A stretch of 64,000 nucleotides of DNA from Alphaproteobacteria bacterium. Its GTDB lineage: Bacteria; Pseudomonadota; Alphaproteobacteria; MPNO01. Made by a program: the position numbers and the translations under genes. Each line of letters starts with the position of its first letter. The stretch's first letter is position 1. Positions 18,408 to 29,409 of the stretch are shown one piece after another. The DNA lies in assembly GCA_965248835.1 (NCBI GenBank), contig CBDFLJ010000001.1, positions 1,952,001-2,016,000 on the forward strand. The letters are read 5' to 3'. The notes beneath the pieces are model-generated. The model had not been told where the DNA came from and ran no database searches. It saw only the letters and a program-made list of their open reading frames with translations.

Positions 18408-20405
18408 CTATGGATCGGCCGGGGTGAAGTCGACCAGGACGGCTCCCTCCTCGACCGCTTCGCCGGGGCTGAACAGGACCGCCTCGATGCGGCCGGCGGC
18501 GGGAGCGCGGATCGTGTGCTCGACCTTCATCGCCTCGATGACCATAAGCGTCGCGCCTGACTCGACATCGGTTCCGGGCGCGACCTCGACGGCGACGACG
18601 ACGCCGGGCATCGGCGCGGTGGGCACGCCGGTCGCGCCGGCCGCCGCCTCGGCCTCGGCCTCGCGCAGCGGATCGTAGGCGGACAACCGCCATGTGCGGT
18701 CGACGGTGAAGACCGTCGTCGCGGTGCCGGTGCGGACGACGGTTTCCTGGACCGCGGCCCCGTCGATCTCCGCATCGATGGTCGTCGCATTCATGCGCAC
18801 ACCGTTGACCACGCGCTCGCCGCCGGGCAGGCCGAAGCGGTCGCCGCGAACCGGCACGGTATGGATCGCATTGCCGAGCCGGAACGCGACCGCTTCGCCG
18901 GCCGGCGCGTTGAGCCGCCAGCCGCCCGCTGCGGCCCAGGGCGAATACGGATCGCCGCCGCCATGTGCCCGGGCTTCCGCCCTCGCCCGCCTGTCGAACC
19001 GCTCGGCGATGACGGCCAGCGCCAGGACCGCGTCCGGCGGCGCGGCCGGGATTGCGGTCAGCTCGTCCATCTTGCGGTCGACAAAGCCGGTATCGACGCC
19101 GCCGTCGACGAATTCTTCCTGGGCGAGGACGCGGATCAGGAAGTCCCGGTTGGTCACCGGTCCGGCGATGTTCACCCCGGCCAGCGCATCGGCCAGCCGG
19201 GCGCGCGCGTCAGCACGGGTCTCGCCCCAGGCGATGATTTTGGCGATCATCGGATCGTAATGCGGGGTGATCTCCTCGCCGGCTGCGGTCCCGCTATCGA
19301 TGCGCAGCATCGGGCCGGCCCCGGGCATGGCGAAATGCGCGACCACCCCGGTCGAGGGCAGGAAACCGGAAGCCGGGTCCTCGGCGTAGAGCCGCGCCTC
19401 GATCGCGTGGCCGTTCACGGCGAGGTCGGCCTGGCCTGCCGGCAGAGCCTCGCCGGCCGCGACCCGAAGCTGCCATTCGACCAGGTCCTGGCCGGTGATC
19501 ATCTCGGTCACCGGATGCTCGACCTGCAGGCGGGTGTTCATCTCGATGAAATAGACCCCGCCCGAGCCGTCCACCAGGAACTCGACGGTGCCGGCGCCGA
19601 CATAGCCGACCGCCCTGGCCGCTTGGAGCGCGGCCGCGCCGAGCGCGCTTCGCGTTTCCGGGTCCAGACCCGGGGCGGGCGCTTCCTCAATCACCTTCTG
19701 GTGGCGCCGCTGGACCGAGCAGTCGCGCTCGAACAGATGGACCGCGTTGCCGTGCGTGTCGGCGAAGACCTGGACTTCGATATGACGCGGCCCGGCGAGG
19801 TAGCGCTCCAGCAGCAGCCGGTCGTCCGCAAACGAGGACGCCGCCTCGCGCCTGGCGGACTCGAGCGCGAAGGCAAGCTCTTCGGGGCTCTGGACGACCC
19901 GCATCCCTCGCCCGCCGCCGCCGCCGGACGGCTTGACCAGGAGCGGATAGCCGATCCGGCCGGCCTGCGCGGCCAGTGTCGCGTCGTCCTGGGCGCTTCC
20001 GTGATAGCCCTCCAGGATCGCTAGGCCGGCGTCCGCCATCAATGCCTTGGCTGCGCTCTTGGAGCCCATCGCGCGGATCGCCGCGGGCGGGGCGCCGATG
20101 AACGCGAAACCGGCTGCAATGCAAGCCTCGGCGAAGTCGGGGTTCTCCGACAGGAAGCCGTAGCCCGGATGGATCGCCTCGGCTCCAGCCCTTCGGGCCG
20201 CCTCGAGCACCGCCCCGGCATCGAGATAGCTATGCCGCGCCGGCGCCGGGCCGATCGCTAGCGCGACATCGGCCTGGCGGACGTGCAGGGCCTGCGCATC
20301 GGCCTGCGAGTACACCGCAGCGGTGCGTATTCCGAGCCGCCGGCAGGTCGCGATGATACGGCAGGCGATCTCGCCGCGATTGGCGATCAGCACGGTTTCG
20401 AACAT
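18408..20405 (-). CDS. mccA: 3-methylcrotonyl-CoA carboxylase alpha subunit (biotin carboxylase and carrier)
   Basis: VLIANRGEIA, HPGYGFLSEN, EMNTRLQVEHPVTE and biotin motif EAMKV. Confidence 0.9.
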   Translation of the reverse strand: MFETVLIANRGEIACRIIATCRRLGIRTAAVYSQADAQALHVRQADVALAIGPAPARHSYLDAGAVLEAARRAGAEAIHPGYGFLSENPDFAEACIAAGFAFIGAPPAAIRAMGSKSAAKALMADAGLAILEGYHGSAQDDATLAAQAGRIGYPLLVKPSGGGGGRGMRVVQSPEELAFALESARREAASSFADDRLLLERYLAGPRHIEVQVFADTHGNAVHLFERDCSVQRRHQKVIEEAPAPGLDPETRSALGAAALQAARAVGYVGAGTVEFLVDGSGGVYFIEMNTRLQVEHPVTEMITGQDLVEWQLRVAAGEALPAGQADLAVNGHAIEARLYAEDPASGFLPSTGVVAHFAMPGAGPMLRIDSGTAAGEEITPHYDPMIAKIIAWGETRADARARLADALAGVNIAGPVTNRDFLIRVLAQEEFVDGGVDTGFVDRKMDELTAIPAAPPDAVLALAVIAERFDRRARAEARAHGGGDPYSPWAAAGGWRLNAPAGEAVAFRLGNAIHTVPVRGDRFGLPGGERVVNGVRMNATTIDAEIDGAAVQETVVRTGTATTVFTVDRTWRLSAYDPLREAEAEAAAGATGVPTAPMPGVVVAVEVAPGTDVESGATLMVIEAMKVEHTIRAPAAGRIEAVLFSPGEAVEEGAVLVDFTPADP

Positions 20406-20410
20406 CGCGC

Positions 20411-22018
20411 TCACATGCGGAAGACGCCGAACCGGGTCGGCGGGATCGGCGCATTGAGCGCGGCCGACAGGCAGAGCCCCAGGACCGTCCGGGTCTCGAC
20501 CGGCTCGATGATGCCGTCGTCCCACAGCCGGGCGCTGGCATGGAAGGGGTGGCCTTGCGCCTCGTATTGCGTGCGAATCGGGGCCTTGAAGGCCTCTTCC
20601 TCCGCCTCCGACCAGGTTCCGCCGCGCGCTTGGATGCCATCGCGGCGAATCTGGCCGAGGACGTTGGCGGCCTGGTCGCCGCCCATCACCGAGATGCGGG
20701 CGTTGGGCCACATGAACAGGAACCGCGGGCCGTAGGCGCGCCCGCACATGCCGTAATTGCCCGCCCCGAAACTGCCGCCGATGATGACGGTGAATTTCGG
20801 GACTTGGGCGCAGGCCACGGCGGTGACCAGCTTGGCGCCGTCCTTGGCAATGCCGCCGGCCTCGTACTTCCGCCCGACCATGAAGCCGGTGATGTTCTGC
20901 AGAAAGACCAGCGGGATGCCGCGCTGGCAGCACAGCTCGATGAAATGCGCGCCCTTCAGCGCGGATTCGGAAAACAGAATACCGTTGTTGGCCAGGACCC
21001 CTACCGGATAGCCCATGATGTGGGCGAAGCCGCAGACCAGGGTGGTGCCGTAAAGCGCCTTGAACTCCTCGAAGGCGCTGGCATCGACGATGCGCGCGAT
21101 GACCTCGCGCACATCGTAGGGCTTGCGAAAGTCCGCCGGTACGATGCCGTCGAGCGCGGCTGGGTCGTAGGCCGGCGAGACCGGCTCCCGCATCGCCAGC
21201 CGGGCGGGTTTCTTGCGGTTGAGCATCGCGACCGCATGTCGGACGATCGACAGCGCATGCGCGTCATTCTCCGCGTAGTGATCGGCGACGCCCGAGACCC
21301 TTGCGTGGACATCCGCGCCGCCCAGATCCTCGGCGCTCACCTCCTCGCCGGTCGCCGCTTTGACCAGCGGCGGACCACCCAGGAAGATCGTGCCCTGGCC
21401 GCGCACGATCACCGATTCGTCGGACATCGCCGGCACGTAGGCGCCGCCGGCGGTGCACGAGCCCATGACGGCTGCGATTTGCGGGATGCCGGCCGCCGAG
21501 AGGTTGGCCTGGTTGAAGAAGATCCGGCCGAAATGGTCGCGGTCGGGAAAGACCTCGTCCTGGCGCGGCAGGTTGGCACCGCCGGAATCGACCAGATAGA
21601 TGCAGGGCAGGTTGTTCTGGGCGGCGATTTCCTGGGCCCGGACGTGCTTCTTGACCGTCAGCGGGTAGTAGCTGCCGCCCTTGACGGTGGCGTCGTTGGC
21701 GATGATCAGGCACTCGGTCGCTTCGACCGGGCCGATGCCGGTGATGATGCCTGCCGCCGGCACATCCTCGTCATAGACCCCGCGGGCGGCGAGCTGAGAC
21801 AGCTCCAGGAACGGCGCGCCGGGATCGATCAGCCGGTCGATGCGCTCGCGCGGCAGCATCTTGCCGCGCCCGGTATGCCGCTCACGCGCCTCCGCTCCGC
21901 CGCCGAGCGCCGTCCCCGCCACCGCATCGCGCAGCGCCCGGACCGAATCGGCCATGGCCGCTTGGTTGGCGCGGAACGCCTCGGAACCGGTGTCGATGGC
22001 GGTCTTGAGGACCGGCAT
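20411..22018 (-). CDS. mccB: 3-methylcrotonyl-CoA carboxylase beta subunit (carboxyltransferase)
   Basis: [32 protein letters not shown] and C-terminal FGVFRM. Confidence 0.93.
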   Translation of the reverse strand: MPVLKTAIDTGSEAFRANQAAMADSVRALRDAVAGTALGGGAEARERHTGRGKMLPRERIDRLIDPGAPFLELSQLAARGVYDEDVPAAGIITGIGPVEATECLIIANDATVKGGSYYPLTVKKHVRAQEIAAQNNLPCIYLVDSGGANLPRQDEVFPDRDHFGRIFFNQANLSAAGIPQIAAVMGSCTAGGAYVPAMSDESVIVRGQGTIFLGGPPLVKAATGEEVSAEDLGGADVHARVSGVADHYAENDAHALSIVRHAVAMLNRKKPARLAMREPVSPAYDPAALDGIVPADFRKPYDVREVIARIVDASAFEEFKALYGTTLVCGFAHIMGYPVGVLANNGILFSESALKGAHFIELCCQRGIPLVFLQNITGFMVGRKYEAGGIAKDGAKLVTAVACAQVPKFTVIIGGSFGAGNYGMCGRAYGPRFLFMWPNARISVMGGDQAANVLGQIRRDGIQARGGTWSEAEEEAFKAPIRTQYEAQGHPFHASARLWDDGIIEPVETRTVLGLCLSAALNAPIPPTRFGVFRM

Positions 22019-22020
22019 GC

Positions 22021-23193
22021 TCAGGCCGTTTCGCGGAACAGCTCCCGGCCGATCAGCACGCGGCGGATCTCGCTGGTGCCGGCGCCGATCTCGTAGAGCT
22101 TGGCATCGCGCAGCAGGCGGCCCGTCGGGTAATCGTTGACGTAGCCGTTGCCGCCGAGGATCTGGATCGCATCGAGCGCCAGCGCGGTCGCCCGCTCGGC
22201 CGAATAGAGGATCGCGCCGGCGGCGTCCTTGCGGGTGGTCCGGCCGCGGTCGCACGCCTTGCCGACGGCATAGACGTAAGCGCGCGCGGCGTTGGTCAGC
22301 GTGTACATATCGGCGAGCTTGCCCTGGATGAGCTGGAATGCGCCGATCGGCTGGCCGAACTGCTCGCGTTCGTGGACATAGGGCATGACCACGTCGAGAC
22401 AGGCCTGCATGATGCCCAGCGGTCCGCCGGCGAGCACCGCGCGCTCGTAATCGAGTCCGCTCATCAGGACGTTGACGCCGCCGCCGACCGTGCCGAGCAC
22501 GTTCTCGGCCGGCACCTCGCAGTCCTCGAAGATCAGCTCGCAGGTGTTCGAACCCCGCATGCCGAGCTTGTCGAGCTTCTGGGCCGTCGCAAAGCCCTTC
22601 ATGCCCTTCTCGATCAGGAAGGCGGTGATGCCGTGCGGGCCGGCGCCCGGATCGGTCTTTGCATAGACCACCAGCGTGTCGGCATCCGGCCCGTTGGTGA
22701 TCCACATCTTGGTGCCGTTGAGCACGTAGCGGTCGGCCTTGCGGTCGGCCCTGGTGCGCATCGAAACCACGTCGGAGCCCGCGCCCGGCTCGCTCATCGC
22801 CAGCGCGCCCACATGCTCGCCGGAGATCAGCTTGGGCAGATAGCGGCGCTTCTGGTCTTCGGACCCGTTGCGGCGGATCTGGTTGACGCAGAGGTTCGAA
22901 TGCGCGCCGTAGGACAGTCCGACCGAGGCCGAGCCGCGGCTGACCTCCTCCATGGCGACGATATGCTCGAGATAGCCCATGCCGGCGCCGCCATATTCCT
23001 GCTCGACGGTAACGCCCAACAGGCCGAGATCCCCCATCTTGCGCCACAAATCCGCGGGGAAGTCGTTGTCGCGGTCGATATCGGCCGCGCGCGGGGCGAT
23101 CTCGGCCGCGGCGAAGCCGGCGACGCTTTCGCGCAGCAATTCGGCGGTCTCGCCAAGGTCGAAATCGAGCGCGGGATAGGCGTTGGGAAGCAT
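22021..23193 (-). CDS. ivd: Isovaleryl-CoA dehydrogenase
   Basis: [24 protein letters not shown] and [12 protein letters not shown]; in an operon with mccBA. Confidence 0.94.
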   Translation of the reverse strand: MLPNAYPALDFDLGETAELLRESVAGFAAAEIAPRAADIDRDNDFPADLWRKMGDLGLLGVTVEQEYGGAGMGYLEHIVAMEEVSRGSASVGLSYGAHSNLCVNQIRRNGSEDQKRRYLPKLISGEHVGALAMSEPGAGSDVVSMRTRADRKADRYVLNGTKMWITNGPDADTLVVYAKTDPGAGPHGITAFLIEKGMKGFATAQKLDKLGMRGSNTCELIFEDCEVPAENVLGTVGGGVNVLMSGLDYERAVLAGGPLGIMQACLDVVMPYVHEREQFGQPIGAFQLIQGKLADMYTLTNAARAYVYAVGKACDRGRTTRKDAAGAILYSAERATALALDAIQILGGNGYVNDYPTGRLLRDAKLYEIGAGTSEIRRVLIGRELFRETA

Positions 23194-23322
23194 GGCCGAT
23201 GCCTGCCTGGGGGGAAGGGCGCGCACCCTATCAGAATTTCGATCATCGAGGCATTAACCGATTGCCCTGCCGATCGCCGATGCCATAGCGTGGTCCCCGG
23301 CACAATTGCGGGACGAGAGGCG

Positions 23323-24633
23323 ATGGCGGAAAGCAACGGCGAACCGGTCGAGCAGGAGCTCGTCGATGTCGCGCGGCGCGTCCTTCCGGGCGGCGGGTTC
23401 GGCAATGTCTCGCACGAAATCGTCATCGCCGAGGGCCGCGCCGGGCGGGTGTGGGATGTCGCGGGTCGGGAATATGTCGACTATCTGATGGGCTCGGGCC
23501 CGATGATCCTCGGCCACGGCCACCCGGAGGTGCTCGATGTCGTCGGCGAGACGGTGGCCAAGGGGACGACCTTCTTCGCCAACAATGCCGACGGCATCCG
23601 CCTTGCCGCGGACATCGTCGATGCGGTGGCGTGCGCCGAGCAGGTGCGCTTCGTCAGCACCGGCTCGGAGGCCGACCTCTACGCCATGCGCCTGGCGCGC
23701 GCCCACACCGGACGGGACAAGATCCTGAAGTTCGAGGGCGGCTATCACGGCATGAGCGACTACGGGCTGATGAGCCTCTCGCCGGGACGGGCCGGCAACT
23801 TTCCGCGCCCGGTCCCCGATTCGGCCGGGATTCCCGCATGCGTCCAGGAGCTGATGCTGGTAGCGCCGTTCAACGACCTGGAGACCGCAGCCAGCCTGGT
23901 CCGCGAGTACAAGGACGACGTCGCCGCGATCATCCTCGAGCCGTTCCAGCGCCTGGTCCCGCCTGTGCCCGGCTTCCTTGAAGGCCTGCGCACCCTCGCC
24001 TCGGAGAACGGCGTGCTGCTGATCTTCGATGAGGTCGTCACCGGCTTCCGCTTCGCCTATGGCGGTGCCCAGGCCTATTACGGCGTCACGCCCGACATCT
24101 GCACGCTGGGCAAGGCGATCGGCGGCGGCTTCCCGCTGGCCGCGATCGCCGGTCCGACGGCGATCATGGCCCATTTCGACAAGTCCGCGGCGGCCGAGGA
24201 CGGCTTCATGATGCAGGTCGGCACGCTGTCGGGAAACCCGGTCGCCGCGGCGGCGGGGCGCAAGACCCTGGAAATCCTGCGGCGGCCCGGCACCTACGAG
24301 CGGATCTTCGCCACCGGCCGCGCGCTGATGGACGGGTTTGCGGACATCCTGGCCGCGGAGCGGGTCGACGCCCGCGTCGTCGGCGCCGAGCCGATGTTCG
24401 ATATCGTCTTCACCGACCGGCCGGTGCGCGATTACCGCACTGCGCGCAGCGACCCGCTTACGCTGCGGCGCTACAACGCGCTGATGCGCGAGCGCGGCAT
24501 CCTGAAGGGCGAGAACAAGTTCTACATCTCCGCCGCTCACACCGATGAGGACGTGCGCCTCACGCTCGAAGCCTTCGCCGAGACCATCGCGCTGCTAGCG
24601 CCTTCGGTCAGCCCCCGGATGCGCGGTGGATGA
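23323..24633 (+). CDS. Class III PLP aminotransferase, glutamate-1-semialdehyde aminomutase-like
   Basis: KFEGGYHG, FDEVVTGFR, GKAIGGG and GTLSGNP; divergent from canonical HemL. Confidence 0.85.
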   Translation: MAESNGEPVEQELVDVARRVLPGGGFGNVSHEIVIAEGRAGRVWDVAGREYVDYLMGSGPMILGHGHPEVLDVVGETVAKGTTFFANNADGIRLAADIVDAVACAEQVRFVSTGSEADLYAMRLARAHTGRDKILKFEGGYHGMSDYGLMSLSPGRAGNFPRPVPDSAGIPACVQELMLVAPFNDLETAASLVREYKDDVAAIILEPFQRLVPPVPGFLEGLRTLASENGVLLIFDEVVTGFRFAYGGAQAYYGVTPDICTLGKAIGGGFPLAAIAGPTAIMAHFDKSAAAEDGFMMQVGTLSGNPVAAAAGRKTLEILRRPGTYERIFATGRALMDGFADILAAERVDARVVGAEPMFDIVFTDRPVRDYRTARSDPLTLRRYNALMRERGILKGENKFYISAAHTDEDVRLTLEAFAETIALLAPSVSPRMRGG

Positions 24634-25480
24634 ATTCGACGATCCTGCGGACCGAGTCCCGCGCGCTGGACGATGACGGGTCCGACCGGATCGCATCGTA
24701 GCTGTCGCCCTCGAACAGGATTTGGTGGACGGTGCCGCCGCATTTGCGGTAGCCGGCGATGAAGGACTCCATGTTCTCGCGGGGATGGACCGGATCGTCC
24801 GGGTGCTGCAGGTAAAGCATCTCCGGCGTGTCGATCTCATCGCCGCGCTGGACGATGAAGTTCGCGCTGCCTTCTTCCATCGCCTGTTCGGTGAGCCAGT
24901 ATTCGAGCTGGTCTTCGAGCAGCCCGGCCTGGCGCTCGTTGCCCTGGCCTTCGGCGACGCGCTGCCCGACGATGCGGTAGCGCGAAAGCGGGCAGATGAC
25001 CGGCCACAGCGTCACGACATAGCGGACATGCGCATCGATGCCGGCAGCGCCGTCGAGCGGGACCGCTGCGTAGCGCGGGTCGTCCGGCTTGATCGCGGCC
25101 AGCACCGCCAGATGGCCGCCGCTCGAAGTTCCCATGGTGCCGACCAGTTCCGGCCTCGTATCGAATTCCCCGGCATGGGCCTTGAGCCAGCGGATTCCGT
25201 AGTTGACGTCGGCGACCGAGCCCGGATAGGTCGCTTCGGGAGGGTTGCGAAAATCGAGCGCCGCAACGACCACCCCGCCGCTGGCCACCGCGCCGTTGAC
25301 CGCGTCGTTGCCGACGCGGCTGCCGCGCCGCCACGCGCCGCCATGGACCTCGACCACGGCGGGAAACGGCCCCGCGCCCTGCGGCCGGAAAATCCGCGCG
25401 AGATAGTCCGTCTCGCCGTGCCGCAGGTATGCGACTTCCTCTATTTCGACCTCGTAGATGTCTTGGACGTGCGTTGCCAT
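24608..25480 (-). CDS. Alpha/beta hydrolase (HSL/acetyl esterase-like)
   Basis: HGGAW oxyanion motif and GTSSGG nucleophile. Confidence 0.82.
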   Translation of the reverse strand: MATHVQDIYEVEIEEVAYLRHGETDYLARIFRPQGAGPFPAVVEVHGGAWRRGSRVGNDAVNGAVASGGVVVAALDFRNPPEATYPGSVADVNYGIRWLKAHAGEFDTRPELVGTMGTSSGGHLAVLAAIKPDDPRYAAVPLDGAAGIDAHVRYVVTLWPVICPLSRYRIVGQRVAEGQGNERQAGLLEDQLEYWLTEQAMEEGSANFIVQRGDEIDTPEMLYLQHPDDPVHPRENMESFIAGYRKCGGTVHQILFEGDSYDAIRSDPSSSSARDSVRRIVEFIHRASGG

Positions 25481-25518
25481 AACCCTTCCTTTCGATGGGT
25501 TCGATGCGCCGGCGCCGT

Positions 25519-27147
25519 TCAGGCGGTCGGCAGCTTGTAGGCCTTGAAGTCCTCGCGGAGCTTGGTCTTCAGCAACTTGCCGGTCGCGGTGTGGGGCAAC
25601 GCGTGGACGAAGACCACGTCGTCGGGGATCCACCAGTTGGCCACCTTGCCCTTGAAGAAGGCGAGCATGTCCTCACGGCTCACCTCGGCGCCGTCCTTCC
25701 TGACGACCAGGAGCAGCGGGCGCTCGTCCCATTTGGGGTGGGCGATACCGATCGAGGCGGCTTCGGCGACGGCCTCGTGGCCGACGGCGATGTTCTCGAG
25801 CTCGATGGAAGAGATCCACTCGCCGCCCGATTTGATGACGTCCTTCGCCCGGTCGGTTACCGTCATGTAGCGTTCTGCATCGATGGTCGAGACGTCGCCG
25901 GTCGCGAACCAGCCGTCGGCATCGTGCGCCTCGGAGCCGGACTCGCGGAAATAGCCCTTGCACACCCAGGGACCGCGGACCTTGAGCGTGCCGAAGGCAA
26001 CGCCGTCCTCGGCCAAGGTCGCGTCGTCGTCATCGACGATCTTCATCTCGGCGCCGAAGATCGCCCGGCCTTGGCTCACCTGGCGGTCGCAGAACTGCGC
26101 GGCCGTCTCCCCGGTCATGCCGTTCTTGGGACCGTTGATGGTGCCCAGAGGCGACATCTCGGTCATGCCCCAGGCGTGCCAGATCTCGGCATCGTGATGC
26201 TCCAGGAAATACTCGGTCATCGCCCGCGGCACCGCCGAGCCGCCGACGATCAGCCGCCGGATGCTCGACAGCTTCTCGCCGCTTTCGGACAGGTATTGCA
26301 TGAGCCCGAGCCAGATCGTCGGCACCCCGGCCGAGATCGTCACCCCTTCGCTCGCCACCATCTCGTAAAGCGCCTGACCGTCCGTTCCGGGCCCGGGCAG
26401 AACCAGCTTCGCGCCCATCATCGGGGTGAAGTAGGGAAAGCCCCAGGCATTGACGTGGAACATCGGCACCACGGGCATGGCGGCGTCGGAGGCGGACACG
26501 CCCACCGCATCGGGTGCGGCGGCCGCCATCGCGTGCAGCACCGTGGAACGATGGGAGTAGAGCACGCCCTTCGGATCGCCGGTGGTGCCCGATGAGTAGC
26601 ACAGCGAAGAGGCCGTGTTCTCGTCGAGCACCGGCCAGTCGAAGTCCGGCTCGGCTTCGGCGAGCAGGCTCTCATAGCAATGGACGTTGGCAAGCCCGGT
26701 CTCGGGCATGTTCGCCTCGTCGGTCATCACGACGAAGGCCTCGACCGTCGGGAGCTGATCGGCCAGCACCTCGACCAGCGGCACGAAGGTCAGGTCGACG
26801 AACAGGACCCGGTCCTCGGCATGGCCCACGATCAAAGCGATCTGCGGCGGGAACAGCCGCGGGTTGATGGTGTGGCAGATCGCTCCCATGGAGGAGGAGG
26901 CGTAGTAGATTTCGACATGCCGATGGGTGTTCCAGGCCAGCGTACCGACCCTGTCGGCCGGTTCGACCCCGAGCGCGCGCAACGCATTGGCCAGCCGCTT
27001 CATCCTCGCGTGGGCATCGGCGTAGCCGTAGCGGTGGATCGGACCCTCGACGGTGCGTGAGACGATCTCGGTGCGGGCGTGATTGCGCGCCGCGTGCTCG
27101 ATGATCGATGAGATCAGCAGCGGGGTGCCCATCATCAGGCCTTGCAT
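25519..27147 (-). CDS. Acyl-CoA ligase, medium-chain / 3-methylmercaptopropionyl-CoA ligase (DmdB)-like
   Basis: [41 protein letters not shown] and [10 protein letters not shown]. Confidence 0.88.
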   Translation of the reverse strand: MQGLMMGTPLLISSIIEHAARNHARTEIVSRTVEGPIHRYGYADAHARMKRLANALRALGVEPADRVGTLAWNTHRHVEIYYASSSMGAICHTINPRLFPPQIALIVGHAEDRVLFVDLTFVPLVEVLADQLPTVEAFVVMTDEANMPETGLANVHCYESLLAEAEPDFDWPVLDENTASSLCYSSGTTGDPKGVLYSHRSTVLHAMAAAAPDAVGVSASDAAMPVVPMFHVNAWGFPYFTPMMGAKLVLPGPGTDGQALYEMVASEGVTISAGVPTIWLGLMQYLSESGEKLSSIRRLIVGGSAVPRAMTEYFLEHHDAEIWHAWGMTEMSPLGTINGPKNGMTGETAAQFCDRQVSQGRAIFGAEMKIVDDDDATLAEDGVAFGTLKVRGPWVCKGYFRESGSEAHDADGWFATGDVSTIDAERYMTVTDRAKDVIKSGGEWISSIELENIAVGHEAVAEAASIGIAHPKWDERPLLLVVRKDGAEVSREDMLAFFKGKVANWWIPDDVVFVHALPHTATGKLLKTKLREDFKAYKLPTA

Positions 27148-27270
27148 CGCATCTCCTCCAAGGCTCCGGACAGGTTCGGCATCGCTTGCGGCAATCTATC
27201 CCCGCGCCCGGCGGGCGACAATGCGCCGGGCCCGTTATAGACTCCGCCGGCAAAACATGGGGATCCATCG

Positions 27271-28584
27271 ATGGTCGAGGCGAAGCTTCCGCGGTTCGAC
27301 ACCCTGAGCCTGCACGCCGGCCAGCAGCCGGACCCGGTGACCGGCGCACGCGCGGTGCCGATCTACCAGACGACGTCCTACGTCTTTCCCGACACGGACT
27401 ATGCGGCATCGCTGTTCAACCTGGAGCGCGCCGGCCACATCTATTCGCGGATTTCCAACCCGACCAACGCGGTCTTCGAGGAGCGCATGGCCGCGCTCGA
27501 AGGCGGGGTCGGCGCGGTGGCCACCGCGAGCGGGCAGGCCGCACTCCACCTCGCGGTCGCGACCCTGATGGACGCCGGCGGGCATATCGTATCCTCGGCC
27601 TCGATCTATGGCGGCAGCCACAACATGTTCTCCCACACCCTGCCGCGTTTCGGCATCACGACGAGTTTCGTCGATCCCCGCAATCCGGAGGCCTTCGGCG
27701 CGGCGATCCGGCCGAACACCAGGCTCGTCTTCGGCGAGACGCTGGGCAATCCGGGCCTCGAGGTCATCGACCTCGCCGCCGTCACCGCGATCGCGCACCA
27801 GGCGGGGATCCCGGTCCTGATCGACAACACGTTCGCATCGCCGGCGCTGTTCCGGCCGTTCGACCACGGCGCCGACCTGGTGCTCCATTCGGCAACCAAG
27901 TTCATCGGCGGCCACGGCATCGCCATCGGCGGCGTCCTGATCGACGGCGGCACATTCGACTGGGACGACTCGGGAAAGTTCCCGACGCTGACCGAGCCCT
28001 ACGCCGGCTATCACGGCATCGATTTCGCCGAGGAGTTCGGCCCGGCCGCGTTCATCATGCGCGCGCGCGCCGAGGGGTTGCGCGATTTCGGCGCATCGAT
28101 GAGCCCGGCCAACGCCTTCTACCTGCTGCAAGGGCTGGAGACCCTGCCGCTGCGCATGGCGCGCCACGTCGCCAATGCGCGCAGGATCGTGGCCTTCCTC
28201 GACAACCATGCCGGCGTCGACTGGGTAAGCTATCCGGAGCTCGACAACCACCCCGACCACGCGCTGGCAAAGCGGCTCCTGCCCAACGGCGCCGGCGCGG
28301 TGTTCTCCTTCGGGATCGCCGGCGGACGCGAGGCCGGGCGGGTGTTCATCGAACGGCTCAGGACGTTCTCCCATCTCGCCAATGTCGGCGATGCCAAATC
28401 GCTGGTCATCCACCCGGCCAGCACGACGCACCAGCAGATGGACGCCGACGCCTTGAGGACCGCCGGCATCGGCGAGGAGCTGATCCGCCTGTCGGTCGGT
28501 CTGGAAGACCCCGAAGACCTGATCGAGGACCTCGACCAGGCGCTGCGGGCGGCCCGGCGCGCCGTACCGCTCGCCGCGGAATAG
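27271..28584 (+). CDS. metY: O-acetylhomoserine aminocarboxypropyltransferase (sulfhydrylase)
   Basis: PIYQTTSY, HSATKFIGGHG (PLP Lys) and ANVGDAKSLVIHPASTTH. Confidence 0.88.
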   Translation: MVEAKLPRFDTLSLHAGQQPDPVTGARAVPIYQTTSYVFPDTDYAASLFNLERAGHIYSRISNPTNAVFEERMAALEGGVGAVATASGQAALHLAVATLMDAGGHIVSSASIYGGSHNMFSHTLPRFGITTSFVDPRNPEAFGAAIRPNTRLVFGETLGNPGLEVIDLAAVTAIAHQAGIPVLIDNTFASPALFRPFDHGADLVLHSATKFIGGHGIAIGGVLIDGGTFDWDDSGKFPTLTEPYAGYHGIDFAEEFGPAAFIMRARAEGLRDFGASMSPANAFYLLQGLETLPLRMARHVANARRIVAFLDNHAGVDWVSYPELDNHPDHALAKRLLPNGAGAVFSFGIAGGREAGRVFIERLRTFSHLANVGDAKSLVIHPASTTHQQMDADALRTAGIGEELIRLSVGLEDPEDLIEDLDQALRAARRAVPLAAE

Positions 28585-28593
28585 GGGCCGGCG

Positions 28594-29388
28594 ATGGAAT
28601 TCAGGGTCGGGCGCCACACGGCCTTCGCTTCGACCGGCGGACGGCCGTTCGATCCGGCGAAACCGGCGATCATCTTCGTCCATGGCGCGGCGAACGACCA
28701 CTCGGTGTGGCAGCTTCCGGCGCGCCATTTCGCTCACCACGGGTTCTCCGTGGCGGCGATCGATTTGCCGGGGCACGGGCGGTCGAAAGGCAGGCCGCTG
28801 GCTTCGATCGCCGAAATGGCGCGCTGGCTCGGTGATGTGCGTGGCGCGCTGGGGCTGGAGCACGCCCATCTGGTCGGGCACAGCATGGGCTCGCTGATCG
28901 TGCTGGCGGCGGCGGGAAGCGCGCCGGAGGGCGTCGAGCGCATCGTGCTCGCCGGCGCGGCCCCGGCGATGCCGGTGCACGAGGACCTGCTGGAAGCGGC
29001 GCGGGCGGGCGATCACGCCGCGATCGACCTGATCACCTATTGGGGGCTGAGCCATGCCTCCCAGTTCGGGATGCACCGCTGTCCCGGCCTGTGGATGAAT
29101 GGCGGCATCCAGCGCCTGCTCGGCCGCGCGGCGGACGGCGTGCTGGCGACCGACCTGGCGGCCTGCGCGGGCTTCGAGGACGGCACGGCGCTGGCCGCTA
29201 GGGTGCTGGCGCCGAGCCTGCTGATCCTCGGCGAGCGCGACATGATGACCCCGATCGCCGGCGGCCGCGCGCTGGCCGATACGATCGCCGATGCCCGCAC
29301 CGCGGTCTTTCCCGGCTGCGGCCACATGATGCTCGCCGAACGCCCCAACGAGACCCTCGATGCGTTGAGGGACTTTCTCATCGACTGA
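28594..29388 (+). CDS. Alpha/beta fold hydrolase (possible lactonase/esterase)
   Basis: FVHGA, DLPGHG, GHSMG, Asp in ERD and CGH. Confidence 0.85.
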   Translation: MEFRVGRHTAFASTGGRPFDPAKPAIIFVHGAANDHSVWQLPARHFAHHGFSVAAIDLPGHGRSKGRPLASIAEMARWLGDVRGALGLEHAHLVGHSMGSLIVLAAAGSAPEGVERIVLAGAAPAMPVHEDLLEAARAGDHAAIDLITYWGLSHASQFGMHRCPGLWMNGGIQRLLGRAADGVLATDLAACAGFEDGTALAARVLAPSLLILGERDMMTPIAGGRALADTIADARTAVFPGCGHMMLAERPNETLDALRDFLID

Positions 29389-29409
29389 CCAGAAGGCATC
29401 GACCCGCCC

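Noticed and set aside
18307-18693. N-terminal extension of the 1131-aa ORF
   Set aside because: Overlaps mccA in another frame; the GGAGG plus GTG at 18306 is the credible start.
23323-24633. Calling this gene hemL
   Set aside because: Only family-level motifs are present, and Alphaproteobacteria normally make ALA by the Shemin pathway; left as a class III aminotransferase.
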